NCBI GenBank assembly: GCA_965218095.1
Contig: OZ244587.1
Location: 5,408,001-5,472,000, forward strand
Length of the DNA stretch: 64,000 nt
From: Candidatus Poribacteria bacterium
GTDB taxonomy: Bacteria; Poribacteria; WGA-4E; PCPOR2b
Direction of reading: 5' to 3'
The translations under genes and the position numbers were made by a program. The notes beneath the pieces were generated by a model, which searched no databases, was not told the DNA's origin, and was given only the letters and a program-made list of their open reading frames with translations. The number at the start of each line of letters is the position of its first letter. The stretch's first letter is position 1. Shown piece by piece: positions 40,660 through 50,601 of this stretch.

Positions 40660-40909
40660 GTCGTACCTCCTTCAGGGGATTCTTTTTGTCTAAAAACGAA
40701 AGGAGTTGAAATTCTTGGTTTTCCTCAGTTGTCAACGTAGCAGTATCGTAACGAATTCCGTTTTTGCTCAATTCATCAAGAATCGTCTGTAGCACAATGT
40801 AGACGCCTTCACGGACAAAAGTAGCATCGCAGTGATACTTTCTCATTAATCGAAAGATTTCTTTCCAGGCAGCTTGTTTGTCGCTTAGAATGCGCATCGC
40901 ATGGGACAT
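40643..40909 (-). CDS. Small hypothetical protein
   Basis: ORF co-oriented with the cluster, GAGGG upstream. Confidence 0.45.
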   Translation of the reverse strand: MSHAMRILSDKQAAWKEIFRLMRKYHCDATFVREGVYIVLQTILDELSKNGIRYDTATLTTEENQEFQLLSFLDKKNPLKEVRHGSSP

Positions 40910-40988
40910 GTAATTCTATCCCTCTTTTTAATGCTCCCGATGGATAGACATATCCAAACCGAGCATAATCGGATCCGCCAACGACGGA

Positions 40989-42284
40989 TCAACCCAACGC
41001 ACAAGTCCGAAATCCCGCCCACACGTCCCGGCGATCTGGCGTATAAAAGTTCCGCCATGTGTTACGAAGCATACGAGCGCGGGTCGTCCAGCATCCACCT
41101 CGCAGGACTTTACGGGTTTTAAACCAGGGATCGGAATACTCTTTGTAGGGGTCAATCTCGAAGCCGGGGTAAGGGAGAAACGTGCTGCTTGTCCACTCCC
41201 ACAGGTTACCAATCATCTGTCGGCAGCCGAAGGGGCTGTCACTTTCAGGCAAGGCTCCCACATCGATACAACCCATGGTAGTCCAGTCGAGGTTAGCTCG
41301 ATCCGGATTCGGCGGTTCATCACCCCATGGAAAGTGACGCTTCCGCGAGGAGAGTCCCTGACCGTCCGAATTTGGCTCGACAGCGGCAGCAACCTCCCAC
41401 TCGGCTTCTGTTGGCAATCGGCGTCTAGCCCAACGACAGTAAGCTTCTGCCTCATGCCAGTTGACATGGATGACAGGCAGATCCGGTTCAAGCGCCCTCC
41501 ATTTGTCAAAATGCCGGCGCAGCCAGTCGCCGTTAACGTCACGTCGCCAGTAGACCGGGTGTTCCGCACTCTCCGTTTTCCGCCATTCCCATCCCTCCTG
41601 ACTCCAGAGCTCTTTTCGGCGATAGCCCGCATTGTCCACAAACCCTGCAAACTCGGATTGAGTTACGGGAGCGCGGGCAATGGCAAACGGTTCAATCTCG
41701 ATCGGATGCGCCCACTTTTCGTTGTCAAACACGAACGGTTCGTCCGATGTGGCCCCCAAAATGAACGCACCGCCAGGAATCTCTACGTCACCCAACAGCG
41801 CCCCCTCTTCGGCCTGTGAGTTGCCGCCACTGGAAAATCGCGGAGGTGGGTATGCCAGCGTCTGGCGCGTATAGGTAAACGCCTCATTGTGCATGTCTTC
41901 GTGATAGACCGTATAGCGCACAAAATAGACCTGTGCTTCGCTGGGCTCGCCCCGCTGAAGCTGCTCGATAACCCGATTGCACACTTCACGCATGTATGCC
42001 AACGTCCCTTCGCGGGAGGGCAGCGGCAAATCCCATCGCGTTGTATGGGGGATGGCAATCGAGTCCCAAAGTGCGTCGGCGTCATCACGAATCGGTTTCT
42101 GCTTGTAGACCTCCCGCAGGACCCATTTCTCCTGAAACCACGCCACATGCCCAATCTCCCAAATCAACGGGTTGATGATCGGCAGATAGGGACTCATCAG
42201 TTGTTCGTCGCTGAGATCTGCAACCAGATCGAAGGTTCGCTGACGGGCATCATGCACCCACTCAGCAAGTTCTGCGCTATCCAT
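40989..42284 (-). CDS. senA: Selenoneine synthase SenA (EgtB-like: DinB + FGE domains)
   Basis: 'INPLIWEIGHVAWFQE', metal motif 'HEDMHNE', 'RLPTEAEWE', 'GNLWEW', 'AGFRTC'; clustered with senB and selD. Confidence 0.88.
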   Translation of the reverse strand: MDSAELAEWVHDARQRTFDLVADLSDEQLMSPYLPIINPLIWEIGHVAWFQEKWVLREVYKQKPIRDDADALWDSIAIPHTTRWDLPLPSREGTLAYMREVCNRVIEQLQRGEPSEAQVYFVRYTVYHEDMHNEAFTYTRQTLAYPPPRFSSGGNSQAEEGALLGDVEIPGGAFILGATSDEPFVFDNEKWAHPIEIEPFAIARAPVTQSEFAGFVDNAGYRRKELWSQEGWEWRKTESAEHPVYWRRDVNGDWLRRHFDKWRALEPDLPVIHVNWHEAEAYCRWARRRLPTEAEWEVAAAVEPNSDGQGLSSRKRHFPWGDEPPNPDRANLDWTTMGCIDVGALPESDSPFGCRQMIGNLWEWTSSTFLPYPGFEIDPYKEYSDPWFKTRKVLRGGCWTTRARMLRNTWRNFYTPDRRDVWAGFRTCALG

Positions 42285-42433
42285 GATTCCCTCCTCATAC
42301 GTGAAACGTGAAGCGTGATTATAGCGCGGATTTGCAGAATTCGTGGATTGGCAAAAATCCGTTTATTCTGTCAATCCGTGTTCTTGTTCTCCTATTTCTT
42401 CTCTTCCCCTATCAACCGTCCCCCTGTCCCAGT

Positions 42434-43543
42434 TTAGCCCCACACCGCTCCGGCAGTTTCAACGATAACTTTCAGCTTACGCTTCTGATCTCCTACGGTG
42501 ATATGATTGCCGACGATTGAAGTCGAGAAACCACACTGCGGACTCAACGCCAACCGCTCCAGAGACACGAATTGACTTGCCTCCTTGATGCGCGCGATAA
42601 GTTCTTCCGGCGTTGCTCGGCGTGGTGTCTTCGTGGTGACCAACCCTAACACGGCGATCTTGTCATCAGGGATCTCCTTCAGCGGCTCAAACGAACCGGA
42701 GCGTTTATCGTCGTACTCAAGCAACAACCGCTGCGCATGGATGCCCTGGAAGATCGGTTTGGCAATCAGGTCATATCCGCCCTCAGTCAGCCACCGGCTG
42801 CCCTGGTTGCCGCGTCAAAGGTGAAAGCCAAACGTGACTTCTGGAAAATCGCGAATCACGGTGTTGTCCATCTCGATTCCTCGGCGCAGCCACTGATCGA
42901 GCGTCCAGCCCTGTGCCTCGTAAAAAGCCCTGGTTTTTGGATCGAGCAGCAACGGATAATGCGGTGCATCAAGTTGAATGTAAGTGGCGCCCAGGCGGGC
43001 CAGCTCGGCGACCTCCTCTCGCAAGATGTCAACCACATCCGCCAGAAAACTGTCGAGCGTGGGATAAACGGGGAGGGAGTATTCTGGTGACCAGAAGTTT
43101 GTCCACAGACTTGGGCTTGGCAGCGTGATCTTTGGTATGCGAGTCGTCCGGGCCCGCAGGTAGGTAAACTCCTCTGCTGAGAGGTGGCGCTTGCGGGTCA
43201 GTTTGCTCATAACGCCCATATTTTTAGGGCGTTCCAAGCGTCGATCTCCCACGCCCTCGTTGCCGCACCAGTCACCCCAGAGAAAGGTGTCGATGTCGTA
43301 TTCTCCGAAACCATCGACAGCTTCCGTCATCTGGCTCTGGAAGGATAACCGGCGCATTTCCCCGTCGGTGACGACTTCCAGGCCTGCTTCTTCCTGGAGC
43401 GCGATGGCTTTGTCAACCGCTTGGTCCTCGATTGCTTTGAACGCTGCTTGCGTCATACGGACCGTGGCTACATCCTCTCTCGCCTTGAGCAACTCGGGTG
43501 GACGGAGCAAACTTCCAACGACATCAGCATGTGTGTGAATCAT
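42434..43543 (-). CDS. Cobalamin-independent methionine synthase II-family (MetE catalytic-domain-like) protein with in-frame TGA, predicted Sec243
   Basis: 'ADVVGSLLRP', 'TDGEMRR', 'YIQLDAP', 'GFHL-TGA-RGN', 'LEYDD.RSG.FEPL', 'LSPQCGF'; both ORF-track pieces share one frame. Confidence 0.85.
42784..42805 (-). promoter_or_regulatory. Candidate bacterial SECIS for the MetE-like gene
   Basis: CAG-GG-CAGCC-GGU-GGCUG-A-CUG; loop starts at nt 20 after UGA. Confidence 0.5.
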
Positions 43544-43566
43544 GATTTTTCCCCGCAAACGGTGAA

Positions 43567-43870
43567 CTATTCTTTTTCTGCTATTAATACCACATGGTCT
43601 CCAAAGCACCTCAAGAAGGGGAACACCTTAAATAATATCCAATTGATTTTTTCTAAACGTGCCCGATCGCCTGCTAAAGCACTTAGTACGGCGACGAAGC
43701 GAAATTTCTTGATTGTCAATTTCGGGAAGAACTTCTTAATGATCGAAATATCGTTTTTGTTTAATGGTCGTTCATCCGGTGTGTCGTGGTAACTGATTTG
43801 GCGCGAGAGGTTTTTAACGTCTTTTGGAATGAAATGGGTCACGATTTTGCTGTTTCTGATTCGATTGCGT
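43567..43870 (-). pseudogene. Possible C-terminal fragment of a SAM-dependent methyltransferase
   Basis: AT-rich 'HDTPDERPL..DI..IKKFF...WILFKVFPFLR'; no SAM-binding motif present. Confidence 0.35.
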
Positions 43871-44033
43871 ACTTCCGTTTGCATGGAATCTTTAAAAATC
43901 GCGCATCCACAATGACGCCTTTGCATCTTGTATCTTGCATGAACAACGGATTCAAGATACAAGATGCAGGTATAGAAAGTGTAGTCTATACCATCTTGCG
44001 GTATATTTTGGGGACGCTCGCAGCTCTGATCGA

Positions 44034-45572
44034 TCACTCCGTTTTCAATCGAAGGCCTTTTGACACCAGTCCTCGCTCGGCGATCTCGAAAAGCCCCTGT
44101 ACCAATAGGGCAAGCCCCGCGGCTGGCACTGCGCCTTGCAGGATTAACCCAATATTGTCCAGGCGGATACCCGTGAGAATTGGCTGCCCATAGCCGCCCG
44201 CCCCGATCAGTGCCCCAAGCGTGGCAGTCCCGACGTTGATAACCGCCGATGTCTTGATGCCAGCCAGAATAGACCGTGCTGCCATCGGCAACTCCACCAA
44301 ACAGAGGCGCGCCCGCGGTGGCAGCCCTAGTGCTTCCGCAGATTCGCGTATCTGCACCGGGATGTCATGGAGCCCTGCGTAGGTGTTTCGCACGATCGGC
44401 AGCAGGCTGTAGAGGAACAGCGCGACAACCGCAGGCGGGCCGCCGATGCCCAAGAGTGGAATCATGAAAACGAGTAAGGCTAAAGAGGGGATCGTCTGGA
44501 TGATCCCCACTATTCCTAGGATGAATTGCCCAATCTGCGGGATTTTCGTTGCTAAAATGCCAAGCGGAATGGAGAGGACGATCGCCCCAAGTAGCGAAAT
44601 TGCTACTAAGAGAAGGTGTTCCTTTGTGTGCTTCACGAAACGGCTGACCATGTTTCCCTCCTGCTGCATCCTGGTCGTTAAGTTGAGGCTTGCCTCCCAG
44701 CGGTAGTCGAAGAGATCGTTTATCATTTCGATAAATTCAGATACCACAAGACTTTCCGGTTCCCGATCCAGCTTCACGCGTGCGTTCATCCGCACCATTT
44801 CTGCCTCGGAGATGCGCCCCTCTAGCTTCAACAGAGATAACACCACCTCCGGCGCCCGCTTCTGTAGGTCATCCCGGTAGAGCAGCAATGCTTTATAGGT
44901 AGGAAAGTGGTGCAGATCATCCTCCAGTCCTCGTAGGTTATAGTACTGGATTTCTGCATCAGTCGAGTACAGATCGATAGCGTGGATGGTACCGTCCTCC
45001 AGACCGCGGTAGGCGAGGTCGTGATCCATACCTCTCACATCGCGGTGTGGCAGGCTGTATCGGTCGCGCAGGCTTGGCCAGCCGTCTCCGCGGTCCATGA
45101 ACTCGTTTGAAAAACCGAGCTTCAAATCTGGGTGATTGCGCAGATCTGAGATTGTCCGAACCCCCAGTTTTTCGGCAATCTCTTCCTTCATTCCAATGAC
45201 GTAGGTGTTATTGAAACCCAAAGGAAGACTCACACGGATATCCCGATTAGCCAACGCCTTTAGGATTTCTTCCTCACTGCGTATTCCACTACCAGCCAAG
45301 ATTTCTCCACTAATTGTACCGGTGTATTCTGGATAGACATCAATTTCGCCTCCCAGCAAGGCATTCCAGAGCACCCGAGTCCCGCCGAGTTCTCGACGGT
45401 GGACGACATCAGCGCCGGCGCTTCGTGCTAAATAAGTAATCAATTCTCCCAAGATGACTGACTCGGTGAACTTTTTTGAACCGACCTTCACCTCCGGGAC
45501 ATCGCCGTTCACCGGCGGAATTAGCGCCCAGCATATCGCTGTGAGAAACAGAGTTAGCCAAAATTGCTTCAC
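44034..45572 (-). CDS. OpuAC/betaine-family ABC substrate-binding protein fused to permease
   Basis: Signal peptide, 'VGSKKFTE', 'YPEYTGT', 'GFNNTY'; permease 'QTIPSLALL', 'LGALIGAGGYG'. Confidence 0.9.
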   Translation of the reverse strand: MKQFWLTLFLTAICWALIPPVNGDVPEVKVGSKKFTESVILGELITYLARSAGADVVHRRELGGTRVLWNALLGGEIDVYPEYTGTISGEILAGSGIRSEEEILKALANRDIRVSLPLGFNNTYVIGMKEEIAEKLGVRTISDLRNHPDLKLGFSNEFMDRGDGWPSLRDRYSLPHRDVRGMDHDLAYRGLEDGTIHAIDLYSTDAEIQYYNLRGLEDDLHHFPTYKALLLYRDDLQKRAPEVVLSLLKLEGRISEAEMVRMNARVKLDREPESLVVSEFIEMINDLFDYRWEASLNLTTRMQQEGNMVSRFVKHTKEHLLLVAISLLGAIVLSIPLGILATKIPQIGQFILGIVGIIQTIPSLALLVFMIPLLGIGGPPAVVALFLYSLLPIVRNTYAGLHDIPVQIRESAEALGLPPRARLCLVELPMAARSILAGIKTSAVINVGTATLGALIGAGGYGQPILTGIRLDNIGLILQGAVPAAGLALLVQGLFEIAERGLVSKGLRLKTE

Positions 45573-46348
45573 GAGGAGCCTCCTTCTAACGCTTCCAGCG
45601 GACTGCGCTGGGCATTGATAAAACTGGTTACGAAGGGATCAGCAGGCGAGCGCACCAACGCTTCCAGCGTACCTTCCTGCACGATGTATCCATCACGCAG
45701 CAGCAAGATCTCGTCGCCGACGAAACCCGCCTCACCGATGTCATGCGTCACCATGACCACCGTCTTGCCGAGCGTCTGGAAGATTCCTCGGAGATCGGTC
45801 TGTAGTCCGGCGCGGATTATCGGATCCAACGCCCCCAACGGTTCATCCATCAGCAGCACATCCGGATCTAGCATAAGCGCACGCATCAAGCTTACACGCT
45901 GCTGCTGCCCACCAGAAAGTTGCGCCGGGTAACGCCCTAAGCCATCGTTCGGGAAGTGGGTCAGATCAGTAAGCTCGGTCAAACGCCCCTCAATCCGATT
46001 TTCGTCCCATTCGAGATAACGTGCCATGAGCGCAACGTTGTCTCGTGCTGTAAGGTGTGGAAAAAGCCCGCCATCCTGAATCACGTAGCCCATCTGATGC
46101 CGGAGATCAAGAACATTGTCAGGCGTCAGCTCCGTTCCTTCAAAGCGGACAGTGCCTGTATCTGGTTGGATAAGACCAATCATCAACCGCAGCAGGGTTG
46201 ACTTACCACAGCCGCTCGGGCCAATCAGCACCGTTGTTTTGCCAGACACAACGGCCAGATTCATTCGCTGAACCGCCTGTGTCTGGCCAAAGGTTTTCGA
46301 GACGCCGTTTAATTCGAGTATGTAGTTATGTTCCATGGCAACCCTCAA
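45569..46348 (-). CDS. ABC transporter ATP-binding protein (OpuBA/ProV-like)
   Basis: GPSGCGKS, LSGGQQQR, DEP. Confidence 0.93.
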   Translation of the reverse strand: MRVAMEHNYILELNGVSKTFGQTQAVQRMNLAVVSGKTTVLIGPSGCGKSTLLRLMIGLIQPDTGTVRFEGTELTPDNVLDLRHQMGYVIQDGGLFPHLTARDNVALMARYLEWDENRIEGRLTELTDLTHFPNDGLGRYPAQLSGGQQQRVSLMRALMLDPDVLLMDEPLGALDPIIRAGLQTDLRGIFQTLGKTVVMVTHDIGEAGFVGDEILLLRDGYIVQEGTLEALVRSPADPFVTSFINAQRSPLEALEGGSS

Positions 46349-47349
46349 ATTGGGGTAAGCAGATTTAAAGAAAAGTAACCCCGATCATCCTGCCAGCTTT
46401 GAGCCAGGTGAAATCGAGTCTGGGAACACATCTCGATGATCTGTGCTTTGTTGTATTTGTATGAATTCTCCGTATGGATGGTCTCACCCTGTCTAAACTG
46501 GAATGTCTTATTGAGTTGACCGATATGTACCTCCTGCTCTTTTTCGCTGCGCAAGTGCATTTCTATGCGGTTTTTCTCTGCACTATAGAAAGCGAAATGA
46601 GAGAAATTCTTCACATTAAGATCACCGCCAAGCTCATGATTGATACGCCGGAGTAGATTCATATTAAACGCTGCAGTGACCTGCTGCGAATCGTCGTAAG
46701 CCGCTTCGAGGATCGGCACATCCTTCTGCATATCCGTACCGAGCAAGAAGTAATCATTACGATTCATCCCCCGGCGGATCTTACACAAAAAATCTGAGGC
46801 TTCATCGAGTTCAAAATTACCAATATTCGAACCGAGGAAAACAACCATCTTTTGCTCAAAATCTTCTTCAGCGATTCTCTGGATTCCCGCATTGTATTCG
46901 GCGACATGTGCAGTGATTCTCAGTTCAGGAAATGTCTTGAGAAGATGTTTGGCGCTTTGCACAAGCATTGATTCGGAAATATCAATTGAAAGATAGTGAA
47001 GGGCACCCTGTCGCGTAATGAGGGCTTCGATGAGCAAACCGGTCTTGCGGGAGTTCCCGCTTCCCAACTCGATGACCGACATGTTCCCTTCGGAATACCT
47101 TGCAATTTGCGGTGCGAAGCGTTGGAGGATTGAGCGCTCGGTGCGGGTGACGTAATATTCAGGCAGATTGCAAATGTCTTCAAATAACTTTGAACCGGTT
47201 TCATCGTAAAAATATCTGGGTGACAACCGTTTGGGCTGTGTGGAAAGTCCCTCAAGCACATCTTCAGCAAAATGAGACGTTGCATTGGCAGAGGAATTTA
47301 CCTTGACTGTCAGACGTACATTTAAGGATAAATCGCCGGATTGGGACAC
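46345..47349 (-). CDS. egtD: L-histidine N-alpha-methyltransferase
   Basis: 'YFYDETGS.LFEDIC.LPEYY.TRTE', 'ELGSG', 'FLGSNIGN', 'IHTENSYK'. Confidence 0.92.
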   Translation of the reverse strand: MSQSGDLSLNVRLTVKVNSSANATSHFAEDVLEGLSTQPKRLSPRYFYDETGSKLFEDICNLPEYYVTRTERSILQRFAPQIARYSEGNMSVIELGSGNSRKTGLLIEALITRQGALHYLSIDISESMLVQSAKHLLKTFPELRITAHVAEYNAGIQRIAEEDFEQKMVVFLGSNIGNFELDEASDFLCKIRRGMNRNDYFLLGTDMQKDVPILEAAYDDSQQVTAAFNMNLLRRINHELGGDLNVKNFSHFAFYSAEKNRIEMHLRSEKEQEVHIGQLNKTFQFRQGETIHTENSYKYNKAQIIEMCSQTRFHLAQSWQDDRGYFSLNLLTPI

Positions 47350-47967
47350 TGCAGAAACCTTTCTAACTGTTGTACAAAATCCAATGATTCACTTATTCCC
47401 ACTTAAGAGCTTATCCGGAAAGTCAGTCTTCACTTTTTTCGTTCCTGTTGGTCCCCGGATCGGGGGCTCGAACTCTCGCGCATTCTTATCTATCGGGGCC
47501 ACGCCAGGTATTTTCCGGATGGCCTCTAAGCCTGAATTTCCGTTAATTCACATACTTTTTCACTCAGTCGTAATCTACCCATGAATAACTTCCGTGGGGA
47601 CTAGTACGGAGATTTCAGCTTAATCTTGGGATGGTTCAGAAATCGGTTATAACACGTTCAAACCGCAACAAAATGCGAGATCTCATCCTTGAGGTCGAGA
47701 GTTAATGAGAAGCAGCAAATAGAGTGAAAGGTGGTAACTTGGGTTTATATAATAGCATGGATTTGGAAAAATACAACCAAAATTTCAAATTTCATCCTGC
47801 GAACGTCATCAATTCAATCGTTGCCGATGTCATCCGATTATCGTATACAGGGTGAGTGGAGTGGTGATTTCGGGTCACTTACGACTCCACCACTCACCAA
47901 TTGAGAACATACTTCAACAATGACTATCATGTTGACTAAGACCTATGGAAATATCCCGGGATGCGTA

Positions 47968-48132
47968 CTAGGTTCTGTTGACATTTCGCTGTCGCGAATT
48001 CGGCAAACGCTGTAATCATCGTGCGACCCGCCAAAAACCAAGACGGTTGTCCGAAATCGCCTCAAGGTGCATCAGGTCGAAGACTCTTGGAACGGAGATT
48101 GGTTCAATCCGTCAAATGTCAACAGAACCTAG
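47968..48132. mobile_element. 165-bp MITE with the IS5 ends
   Basis: CTAGGTTCTGTTGACATTT...AAATGTCAACAGAACCTAG, matching the IS5 TIRs; no transposase inside. Confidence 0.85.
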
Positions 48133-48134
48133 AT

Positions 48135-49160
48135 TCAATCCCACGGCAGCGGAACCCCAAGCCGTTCACTCACAGCGCGCGCCGATTCCTGCTCCATTTC
48201 TCCGTAGCGGATGCCCTCATGAGAGTACATCTCAATTCGCTCTTCCTCAATGGCACCGGGAAGCAGTGCACGGTCATAGTTGGGCATCGGTTCGTAGGTT
48301 TCCCTCACGTCGCGAACCATCCGATCCACTTCAGCGCGGAAAACTGCCTCGGGGACTACAGTGCCCACATGGATGGCGAGGACCATGCCTCCCGACCGAG
48401 CCCCGCCTGTCCAACGTTCACGAACCCCCTCGTCGTCGGGAAGGGTGAATCCCGTCAGTCCACCACCCAGGAGGCTTGCGACAGCGGTATATCCCATGCT
48501 CTTGAAAAAGGCTGCGGGGATGGAGGACAGGAGTGCATCAAATTCGGAACCCCGCTGATAGTCAGCCATGATACAGGTCGCTGCGTCAAGAACCACAGAT
48601 GGCTCGTCACCAGCAGGGATGGCGAAGCAGATGGGTGGATTGCCGAAGTAGCCGAGTTGCGGTTTGGGTTTGCTTCCTGCCGCATTCCCTTGCCCTTGAG
48701 ATCCCTGGACGGAGAAGCCAACGCATCCCGCTTCCACGCACATCCGCGAGTAGTGCCCTGCCGAGCCGTAATGCCCAATGTGGCGCACAAGCCCCATGCC
48801 AAGCCCAACCTCCGTTGCTTTGGCGATGGCATGCTCGGTGGCTCGCGTCATCGGGAGATAACCGAGTGTTCCATCGCCGTCCAGGACCACGGCAGTCGGG
48901 GTTTCGTGAATGAGGCGGACGTTGGGTTGGGGATTCATATCCCCATTCTCAAAACCACTACAGTAACCGTTCACCGTCCGCGTGCCGTGACTCCGGACAC
49001 CGCGGAGATCTGAATTGACGAGCAGGCGGCTGATGAGCGCTGCGTGGTCGTGGTCTAGTCCTGCCTTCTTGAAACAGGCAGTACTGAAAGCGAGGAGACG
49101 GTCTTCCTGTATGCTAACAAAAGTTTCTGGCGGTTGATTCATGGTATGCTCCCTTGTCAT
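48135..49160 (-). CDS. Ldh_2 family oxidoreductase (type 2 malate/L-lactate dehydrogenase-like)
   Basis: 'DLRGVRSHG', 'HYGSAGHY', 'GNPPICFA'. Confidence 0.85.
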   Translation of the reverse strand: MTREHTMNQPPETFVSIQEDRLLAFSTACFKKAGLDHDHAALISRLLVNSDLRGVRSHGTRTVNGYCSGFENGDMNPQPNVRLIHETPTAVVLDGDGTLGYLPMTRATEHAIAKATEVGLGMGLVRHIGHYGSAGHYSRMCVEAGCVGFSVQGSQGQGNAAGSKPKPQLGYFGNPPICFAIPAGDEPSVVLDAATCIMADYQRGSEFDALLSSIPAAFFKSMGYTAVASLLGGGLTGFTLPDDEGVRERWTGGARSGGMVLAIHVGTVVPEAVFRAEVDRMVRDVRETYEPMPNYDRALLPGAIEEERIEMYSHEGIRYGEMEQESARAVSERLGVPLPWD

Positions 49161-49251
49161 TGATGATCAATGATTGATTATTGAATCTACACATGTCCAC
49201 TCACGAAGAACAGCGTAATGCGTAAAACGTGAAAATCCTATGCAGTATGTT

Positions 49252-50241
49252 TCACAGTCTAGCTTCAAGTGCCTTTAACATCGCTTTGACGTAAGCCACT
49301 GCATAAGCCGAGGCAATGCGCGGCTCCGGGTCGCCGGCATAGTTAGGCAGGCGATTGATCTGTAAGCCGCCGTCAAAGTCGACTTCCTTCAGAGTCCGAA
49401 GCACCTTGAACATGTTTGTGTCTCCATTGTCGAGGATAACTTCCATATATCCGCCCGTCGGAATCGTCCCCTGCACGTTCCGGAAATGGGTGTGGAAGAT
49501 TTTCCCCTTCGCTCCGAAATAACGAATATTCTCCAAGATGTCTACACCCGGCTCATAACAGGTGCCGATGCAATAAAGCAAACCACTGTGGTTGCTCGGC
49601 ACCGCATCCAGAATGGTAGCCCAGCGTTTCAGCGAAAATTCAGTCTCCGGCAGCGGCGGATCTGATGGATGAATGATGAGCTTCACCTCGTACTTTTCAG
49701 CGAGCGGAACAAGCTGTTGATACGTCTGCACGCAACGTTCCCAATGCTTTTCAACAGAGAATGGTTCAAGCGATTTCTCTGCGATACTCTGGTTCATCTG
49801 TTCTACATCAAACCCACCCAATGTATAACCACCTCGAAGGGGTTTGGTATATCCGCCCCGGTATCCCGGGTTGGCATCTCGGTGTTCCGGAGTTTGTGCC
49901 AGATGAACGGGCATCAACATAAACGGAATTCCTACTTGACCAGAAATCTCAAGCGACTTACACGATTCGATTGAATTCGTCAACATGCCCTAGTTCTTCC
50001 TCGCCACCCGGTTCGCCCATAAGAAACTTCTGTGGTTCGGCGGGTGCAACGCGGTAAATATTAAGCCCGGCGGCGTTGACCACTCTTTCAACTTCACCAA
50101 CTGTTCTAAATCTGAGTAGTCTTGCTCTACCAATCCGGGGACGCTTTCGGCATTATGGATGTCAAATCCATCGGCACCGATCTGCTGTGCAAACAAAATA
50201 TAATCGTTCGAAAGGTCACGTTGTCTCATTAGAATTTTCAT
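49252..50241 (-). pseudogene. Mannonate dehydratase (UxuA)-like, frameshifted
   Basis: 'HPSDPP', 'HFRNVQG'; split into two frames. Confidence 0.7.
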
Positions 50242-50601
50242 CGTGGCCTCCTCTCAATGGTGGTGTGCCAGAGAAATCAACGCATGAACCCATTTTCAAT
50301 TTTCTCACGCAACATGCATGATGCAGTAAAAAAAGTGTAGCAGAGTTCAGCTAGAAGATCAAGTCAAAAAGGATAATTTTCTGCCCTTGACCAACATTGT
50401 AATCTGTGCATATGTGGAGAATTATGGAGGCTCAGGCATCAAATCACATAACGATTATACTGAGCTTACAAAGGAGATTGCTATGAGAAAATTTTCCCTC
50501 AAAGCTTATCTGCAAAACGGTTTTGAGTTTGGTTATTGTTGCAGGCTGGCTTCTGTCTGGTCAAATGACATAGGCCATCATCACATGGACCTTCGATTAC
50601 A

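Noticed and set aside
42434-43609. MetE-like gene as a frameshifted pseudogene
   Set aside because: Both parts are in the same frame; the only lesion is a TGA exactly at the conserved Cys
47445-47500. tRNA gene (GTTCGA...CCA on the minus strand)
   Set aside because: The T-stem does not pair and no cloverleaf forms
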